Positions 58,662-64,000 of a stretch of DNA of 64,000 nt are shown piece after piece. The position numbers and the translations under genes were made by a program. Within the stretch, counting starts at the first letter, position 1; every line of letters starts with the position of its first letter. Origin of the DNA: an uncultured Acidobacteriota bacterium (GTDB taxonomy: Bacteria > Acidobacteriota > Thermoanaerobaculia > UBA5066 > Gp7-AA6); assembly GCA_963805495.1 (NCBI GenBank), contig CAWDUQ010000001.1, forward strand, positions 429,409 through 493,408, written 5' to 3'. Below the pieces are notes generated by a model, which saw nothing but the letters and a program-made list of their open reading frames with translations, searched no databases and was not told the DNA's origin.

Positions 58662-59426
58662 CTATGCACCGAGGGCCTCCCTCTGGTGGTCGGCTTGTGG
58701 CCGCCCTCCGAGGGCGGGGGCAAGCCCCGCCCCTACCTCGGACGCGTCTTGATCAACCAGCTCGCCGTCGCGGATCCGGAGCACCCGGTCGGCGATCGAG
58801 CGGACCTTCGGGTCGTGGGTGACGATCAGGAGCGCCCGGTTCTCCTGCTTGGCGAGGGCGCGGAACATCTCGAGGACCTGGCCCCCGACGTGCGAGTCGA
58901 GGTTGGCGGTCGGCTCGTCGGCGAGCAGAATCGGCGACTGGCCCGCCAGCGCCCGGGCGACGGCGATCCGCTGCTTCTGGCCGCCGGAGAGGTCGCGCGG
59001 AAGGAAGTCGAGCCGGTCCGAAAGGCCCACGGCGCGAAGCACGCGCTCGGCCTCCGTCCGCGCCGCGCCGCCGCGGTGGCCCTTGACGTTGAGCGCGTAC
59101 TCCACGTTCTCGAGCGCCGTCAGGGACGGGAAGAGATTGAACTGCTGAAAGACGAACCCGATCGACTTCTTCCGGATTTCCGGCAGCCGCGAGGCCCGGC
59201 GCGGGTCGGCTTCCTCGCCGTCGACGATCACGCGGCCCGCCGAAGCCGTCAGGATGCAGCCGAGGATCGAGAGCAGCGTCGTCTTGCCGGATCCGGACGG
59301 CCCCTCGAGCGAGACGATCTCGCCGCGCGACAGGGTCAGGGAGACGCCCCGCAGGACCGTCACGATGTCGCCCCGGCCCTCGCGGAAGTCCTTCGAGACG
59401 CCGATGGCTTCGAGCACGGGCGTCAT
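58662..59426 (-). CDS. ABC transporter ATP-binding protein (LolD/MacB/DevA-like)
   Basis: GPSGSGKT, LSGGQ, ILLADEPT, VTHD. Confidence 0.93.
   Translation of the reverse strand: MTPVLEAIGVSKDFREGRGDIVTVLRGVSLTLSRGEIVSLEGPSGSGKTTLLSILGCILTASAGRVIVDGEEADPRRASRLPEIRKKSIGFVFQQFNLFPSLTALENVEYALNVKGHRGGAARTEAERVLRAVGLSDRLDFLPRDLSGGQKQRIAVARALAGQSPILLADEPTANLDSHVGGQVLEMFRALAKQENRALLIVTHDPKVRSIADRVLRIRDGELVDQDASEVGAGLAPALGGRPQADHQREALGA
58712..58736 (-). repeat. GTAG-type REP palindrome inside the 3' end of the ABC ATPase gene
   Basis: GTAGGGGCGGGGCTTGCCCCCGCCC, translated as VGAGLAPA. Confidence 0.65.
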
Positions 59427-59498
59427 GACGCGGCTCCGGTCGGGCGGAAGAGAAAGGTTGGGGCCGCGAGCACCTGGACGACGATCATCGAGTCTCCG

Positions 59499-60627
59499 CT
59501 AGGCCCGGAACACGAGCGCCGGGTCGATCGATGCGACCTTCCGGAACGAGATCATCGCCGCGGCGAGGCACATGAGAAGCGATCCGACGAACACGATCGC
59601 GACGAAGGTCGGCGGGATGATCAGCTTCAGGTCGATCTTCCCGATGGCCGGCCGCAGGGCATAGGCCATGAGCGCTCCGAGCACGAACCCGGCCACGGCC
59701 GCGATCGAGGCCTGCTTTCCGAGGATCCGGTAGATGTCGACTGTTCCCGCCGCCGATCGCCTTGACGGTGCCGAACTCCTTGAGGTGTTCCATCGTCGAC
59801 GTGTAGAGCGTCTGGGCGACGACGACGACGCCGACGAGGCAGCCGAGGAAGACGGTCAGGTACATGTTCAGGCCGATGCCCGTCGACTGGACCCAGTAGT
59901 TGCGGGAGCGCGCGGCCCACTCCTTCTTCGTGTAGACGTCGTTGTATGGAAGCCGTCGCGCGATCTCGGCCTTGACCGCCGCGGCGTCCGCCCCCGGCGC
60001 GAGCTTGACGAGGACGTATGTGGTCTTCCCGCGGAGCGACTGGGGGTTCAGCGTCTGGGCCCGGTCGAAGTCGACGAACAGGATGGGCGTCGTCGTGAAG
60101 GAGCGCGCCTCCCGGGTCCGGCCGATGATTTTCATCCGCTGGCCGAGGATCTCCCGGTACTGCCCGACCTCGAAGGCGCCGTAGCGCTTGACGGCCGACT
60201 CGTCGAGAAAGAAGTACTGGCCGCGCCTCAAGTCCGACAGCTCGCCCTCCGCGACGTTCCAGGGAATGTTCCAGCCCGAGAAATCCTCGAGCGCGTAAAC
60301 GAGCGAGCCTTCCTGGGCGCCCGTGGGCAGGTTGACCGTCACGAACCAGACGATGAGGTTGTCCGCGCGCGCGACCCCCGGCACGGACCGCACGCGCTTG
60401 ACCGCCGTGTCGGGAAAGGTGTGCGCGAAGTCGACGTTGGGCGTGTTGCGCGAGGTCACCCAGAGGTCCGCGTCGATGTGCTCGATCGTGACCGAGGCGT
60501 TGTCGAGGAGGCCGAGGAAGAGGCCGACCTGGACGAACACGAGGGTGACGGCGAACGCGACGCCCGACACGGTGATCAGGAACCGCAGCTTGTCGTGGAG
60601 CAGGCTCTTCGTCGCGAGGTCGACCAC
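59499..60627 (-). CDS. ABC transporter permease (DevC/FtsX-like; frameshift near 59740)
   Basis: HDKLRFLITVSGVAFAV, DADLWV, HLKEFGTVKAIG, then ISFRKVASIDPALVF in ORF 59499..59696. Confidence 0.88.
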
Positions 60628-60628
60628 G

Positions 60629-61264
60629 TCAGCTCGCTTCCCGGGTCAGGCCGCGGATGAGCGCCTCGATCTGGGCGTGCGCGGTTTCGACGGGATCGCG
60701 CCAGTCGACCCACGCGTCCTTGCACTTGGCGATGTGGAGCGAGACGACGCCGTGCGTCCCGGCCCAGACCATCTGGGAGACGAGGTCGGCGTCGAGAAAC
60801 TCGGGTCGAAGCTTTCCCGATTCGATCGCTTCCGCGACCGTGGCCCGGAGGAATGCGTAGGCGTCCTCCTCCGGGTTGCCGCGGGTCAGCCGGCTGTCTT
60901 CGGGCCTCAGGGCCTCGGAGTGCGGCGTCATGAACATGAGCCGGTAGTGGTTGCGGTGGGACATGGCGAAGGCCACGTAGGCCCGGCCGATCCGCCGCAG
61001 CCGCTCGATCGGGTCCGCGATCGCCGCAATCTTGCCGAACTCGCCGGCCAGGGTGCCGAAGTCCTCGTCGCAGAGCTCCTGCATCAGGGCGTGCTTGTCG
61101 CGGAAATGGAAGTAGATCGCGGTGGGCGAGTACTCGATCCGCTCGGCGATCCGCCGCATCGTCACGGCGTCGTAGCCCTCCTCGGCGAAGAGCTCGCGGG
61201 CCGCATCCAGGATCCGAGTCCGAAGCTCGTGTTTCTCCCGTTCGCGTCGTTCGGCAGTACCCAA
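60629..61264 (-). CDS. TetR/AcrR family regulator
   Basis: ILDAARELF...VTMRRIA..IEYSPTAIYFHFRDK; WAGTHG. Confidence 0.92.
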   Translation of the reverse strand: MGTAERREREKHELRTRILDAARELFAEEGYDAVTMRRIAERIEYSPTAIYFHFRDKHALMQELCDEDFGTLAGEFGKIAAIADPIERLRRIGRAYVAFAMSHRNHYRLMFMTPHSEALRPEDSRLTRGNPEEDAYAFLRATVAEAIESGKLRPEFLDADLVSQMVWAGTHGVVSLHIAKCKDAWVDWRDPVETAHAQIEALIRGLTREAS

Positions 61265-61279
61265 GAACGTCCCTCCGTT

Positions 61280-61296
61280 ACTTAACTACGTTAAGT
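61280..61296. promoter_or_regulatory. Palindrome, probable operator of the leftward TetR
   Basis: ACTTAAC-TAC-GTTAAGT. Confidence 0.6.
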
Positions 61297-61377
61297 TACA
61301 TATCAAGGTTCTAGTCAGTCAATGAGTTTTTCGAGCTTCTCGGCAACCTCGCCTCGCCAAGACCCGTATGTGATACA

Positions 61378-61395
61378 GAACTGACCGGTCAGTTC
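61378..61395. promoter_or_regulatory. Perfect 18-bp palindrome, probable operator of the rightward TetR
   Basis: GAACTGACCGGTCAGTTC. Confidence 0.65.
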
Positions 61396-61408
61396 CGAAA
61401 TAAAGCCA

Positions 61409-61984
61409 ATGCCGAGAGTAAAGACCGAAGCAAAGGAGAGGGCAATCCTCGACGCTGCGGCGAGCGTGTTTGCGCGACGGCCCTTCCATGCGGTCCTGAT
61501 CGACGACATCGCATCCGACGCCGGCATTGGCAAGGGCACGATCTATCGCTACTTCCAGACGAAGGACGACCTCTACTTCGCGACGACTCTCCACGTTCTC
61601 GACGGCCTGTCGCAGGTGCTGTCGCAGCAGTTGCCGCAGGAGCCGTCGGCGGTCTGCCGGCTCGAGCGCATCGCGACGGAGAATCTGCGCTTCTACTGGG
61701 ACCGGCAGTTTCTCTTCCCGTTCCTGCACAGCGACGACGGCCCGGCGCGCCGCGACCAGGTGATGAAGCGGCGGGAGGCGATCCTGCGATTCTCACAGGA
61801 AGCGATCCTCGCCGGTATCGAGCAGAGGGAGCTGCGGGGCATCGACGCCCGAATCGGCGCCGAGCTCTTCCTCGGCATGGTCCGCTCGGCGAGCCTCTTT
61901 CGCCGGCCGGAGGATTCGCTCGAGGAGCTCGTCCGGCAGATCATGTCGGTCTTCCTCGACGGTGCCGCGCGGAGGGAGGCTTGA
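61409..61984 (+). CDS. TetR/AcrR family regulator
   Basis: ILDAAASVF, IDDIASDAGIGKGTIYRYFQTKDDL. Confidence 0.92.
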   Translation: MPRVKTEAKERAILDAAASVFARRPFHAVLIDDIASDAGIGKGTIYRYFQTKDDLYFATTLHVLDGLSQVLSQQLPQEPSAVCRLERIATENLRFYWDRQFLFPFLHSDDGPARRDQVMKRREAILRFSQEAILAGIEQRELRGIDARIGAELFLGMVRSASLFRRPEDSLEELVRQIMSVFLDGAARREA

Positions 61985-63444
61985 GGAAGGCCGCCGCGCT
62001 CCTTCTCGCCGCGGCCGCCGCCGCACCGGGCTGCTCTCTGCTTCCGAAGAAGAGCGTGCAGAGCTCGGTCGCCGCGGCGCCGAACGAGCCCTGGAAGCCT
62101 CCACCCGCGGCCGCGATGCCGGAATCCACGGCGGCCCCCGCGCCGCAGATCCCGGAGGAGTACACGAAGCCCGGCACGACGCTCTCGCTCGGCCAGCTCG
62201 TCGACGTGGCGTTGAAGAACAACCCGTCGACGCGCGAGGCCTGGTTCGCCGCCCGCGCGGCCGCGGCCGAGGTAGGCTCGAAACGGTCGCTCTATTTTCC
62301 CTACGTCGAGGCCGACGCCGTCGTCGAGCGGCAGAAGCAGTCGGCCGTCGGCGGGCAGTTCACGTTCCTGCAGACGACCTACGGGCCGTCGATCGCGGCG
62401 ACCTGGCTGCTCTTCAATTTCGGTGCGCGCGAGGCGGAGGTCCAGGAGGCCACGCGCTTCCTCTACGCCGCCGACTGGACCCACAACGCCGCGATCCAGG
62501 ACGTGGTGCTGAGCGTCGCCCAGGCCTACTACCAGTACCTGAACGCAAAGGCCCAGGTCGCCGCCCGCGAGACGAACCTGGAGGAGGCGAAGCGCAACCT
62601 CGCTGCCGCCGAGGAGCGGCATCGCGCGGGGGTCGCGACGATCGCCGACGTGCTGCTCGCAAAGACTTCGGCCTCGCAGGCGAAGCTCGCGCTCCAGGTC
62701 GTCCAGGGCCAGGTGCAGGTCGTCCGCGGCGCGCTCGCCACCGCGATCGGCGTCGATGCCACGGTGCCGGTGGACGTCGGAAGCCTTCCCGATGAGCTCC
62801 CGCTCGACGCCGTCACCAAGAGCGTGGACGAGTTGATCGCGAAGGCCGTCTCGGAGCGGCCGGATCTGGCGGCCCAGAAGTTCCGCGCGCTGGCCGCGCA
62901 GAGCCGCATCCGGGCCTCGGCGGTGGACGGCCTGCCGACCCTCTCGCTCGACGCCACCGGCAACCGCACCTTCTACTCACGTCCGGGGGTGCCGGACCCG
63001 TTCTCGACGAACTGGGCCGGGCTGATTTCGCTGCGAATCCCCGTGTTCCGGGGCTTCGACACGGCGTACCAGGTGCAGAAGGCACGGGAAGAGGCCGAGC
63101 TCGCCCGGGCGAGCGCCGAGCGCACCGAGGACCAGGTCATCTTCGACGTGTGGTCGAGCTACTACGCCGTGCAGACGGCCGCGCAAACGGTGCTCACCAC
63201 GCGCGACCTGCTCGCGAGCGCGCAGCAGTCCGCCGACGTCGCCGACGGTCGTTACCGCGCGGGCGTGGGCTCGATCCTCGACCTGCTGACGGCGCAGACG
63301 GCGTTCGCCGACGCGCGCTCCCAGGAGGCTCAGGCCCGATCGCTGTGGTTCCTGTCCGTCGCGCAACTGGCGCACGCGACCGGCGTTCTTCAACCCGGCT
63401 CTCCCGAGATCCGCGCCCTGCCGCAGACGAAAGGAACTCCATGA
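61981..63444 (+). CDS. TolC-family outer membrane efflux lipoprotein
   Basis: Lipobox APGC, VAQAYYQY, RPDL, RYRAGVGSILDLLTAQ. Confidence 0.88.
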   Translation: MRKAAALLLAAAAAAPGCSLLPKKSVQSSVAAAPNEPWKPPPAAAMPESTAAPAPQIPEEYTKPGTTLSLGQLVDVALKNNPSTREAWFAARAAAAEVGSKRSLYFPYVEADAVVERQKQSAVGGQFTFLQTTYGPSIAATWLLFNFGAREAEVQEATRFLYAADWTHNAAIQDVVLSVAQAYYQYLNAKAQVAARETNLEEAKRNLAAAEERHRAGVATIADVLLAKTSASQAKLALQVVQGQVQVVRGALATAIGVDATVPVDVGSLPDELPLDAVTKSVDELIAKAVSERPDLAAQKFRALAAQSRIRASAVDGLPTLSLDATGNRTFYSRPGVPDPFSTNWAGLISLRIPVFRGFDTAYQVQKAREEAELARASAERTEDQVIFDVWSSYYAVQTAAQTVLTTRDLLASAQQSADVADGRYRAGVGSILDLLTAQTAFADARSQEAQARSLWFLSVAQLAHATGVLQPGSPEIRALPQTKGTP

Positions 63445-64000
63445 TCCGCAACGGCTCGAGAGGGCTCCTCGCCGCCGCCGTCCTCGCGGCGGCCGCCGCG
63501 GCCTGCCGGGGCAAGGGCCCGACCGCGGCCGCCGAGGCGGTGCCGGTGCGGGTCGGCAAGGTGGTGCAGAAGGCGGTGCCGCTCCAGATCCGCAACGTCG
63601 GCACGATCCAGCCCTACGTCGCCGTCGCGGTGCGCGCGCAGGTCTCGGGCGAGATCACGCAGGTCCACTTTCGCGAGGGACAGGACCTCAAGAAGGGCGA
63701 GCTCATCTTCTCGATCGACCCGCGGCCCTACGAGGCCGCGCTCGCCCAGGCCGAGGCGGCGCTCGCCCGCGACCGGGCCCAGATGGAGAATGCGCAGACG
63801 GACGTCAAGCGATACGAGGACCTCGTCAAGAAGGACTACGTGACGCAGCAGCAGTACGACAGCGTGAAAGCCAACGCCGCCGCGACCGCCGCGACCGTGC
63901 GCCTGAACCAGGCGACGGTCGAGCGGGCGCGCCTCGACCTGGCGTACTGCTCGATCCGCGCGCCGATGGACGGACGGAGCGGCAGCATCATGGTCCAGGC
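63441..64000 (+). CDS. RND efflux periplasmic adaptor, MdtA-like (partial, runs off right end)
   Basis: AAGGA RBS, ATGA overlap; VRAQVSGEI, IDPRPYEAAL, DLAYCSIRAPMDGR. Confidence 0.88.
   Translation, partial: MIRNGSRGLLAAAVLAAAAAACRGKGPTAAAEAVPVRVGKVVQKAVPLQIRNVGTIQPYVAVAVRAQVSGEITQVHFREGQDLKKGELIFSIDPRPYEAALAQAEAALARDRAQMENAQTDVKRYEDLVKKDYVTQQQYDSVKANAAATAATVRLNQATVERARLDLAYCSIRAPMDGRSGSIMVQ

Overview
High-GC bacterial chromosomal DNA. The acidobacterial PadR/ADOP pair, Oar-like TonB-dependent receptors and Cys-rich SLH-like repeats point to Acidobacteriota, probably Thermoanaerobaculia (inference). The window holds about 45 CDSs (secreted hydrolases and surface proteins, two TonB-dependent receptors, efflux/ABC operons, a GGDEF-EAL protein, lysA, a Ser/Thr kinase) plus tRNA-Arg(CCG) and tRNA-His(GTG). 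Main observations: (1) four paralogous secreted fibre proteins, each joining ONE SLH-like repeat to NTAxG beta-repeats and a Peptidase_S74 trimerisation chaperone, in a repeated Zn-ribbon / fibre / GNAT module; (2) a HUH Y1 (RAYT-like) transposase gene bounded by 23-bp inverted repeats and a 16-bp direct repeat; (3) a deiodinase-like selenoprotein split in the ORF track at an in-frame TGA followed by a SECIS-like hairpin; (4) two tandem integrase-decayed islands at the tRNA-Arg 3' end. Seven otherwise intact genes, including lysA, carry single-base frameshifts, most likely long-read assembly errors. All family assignments come from motif recognition by eye, not database searches.
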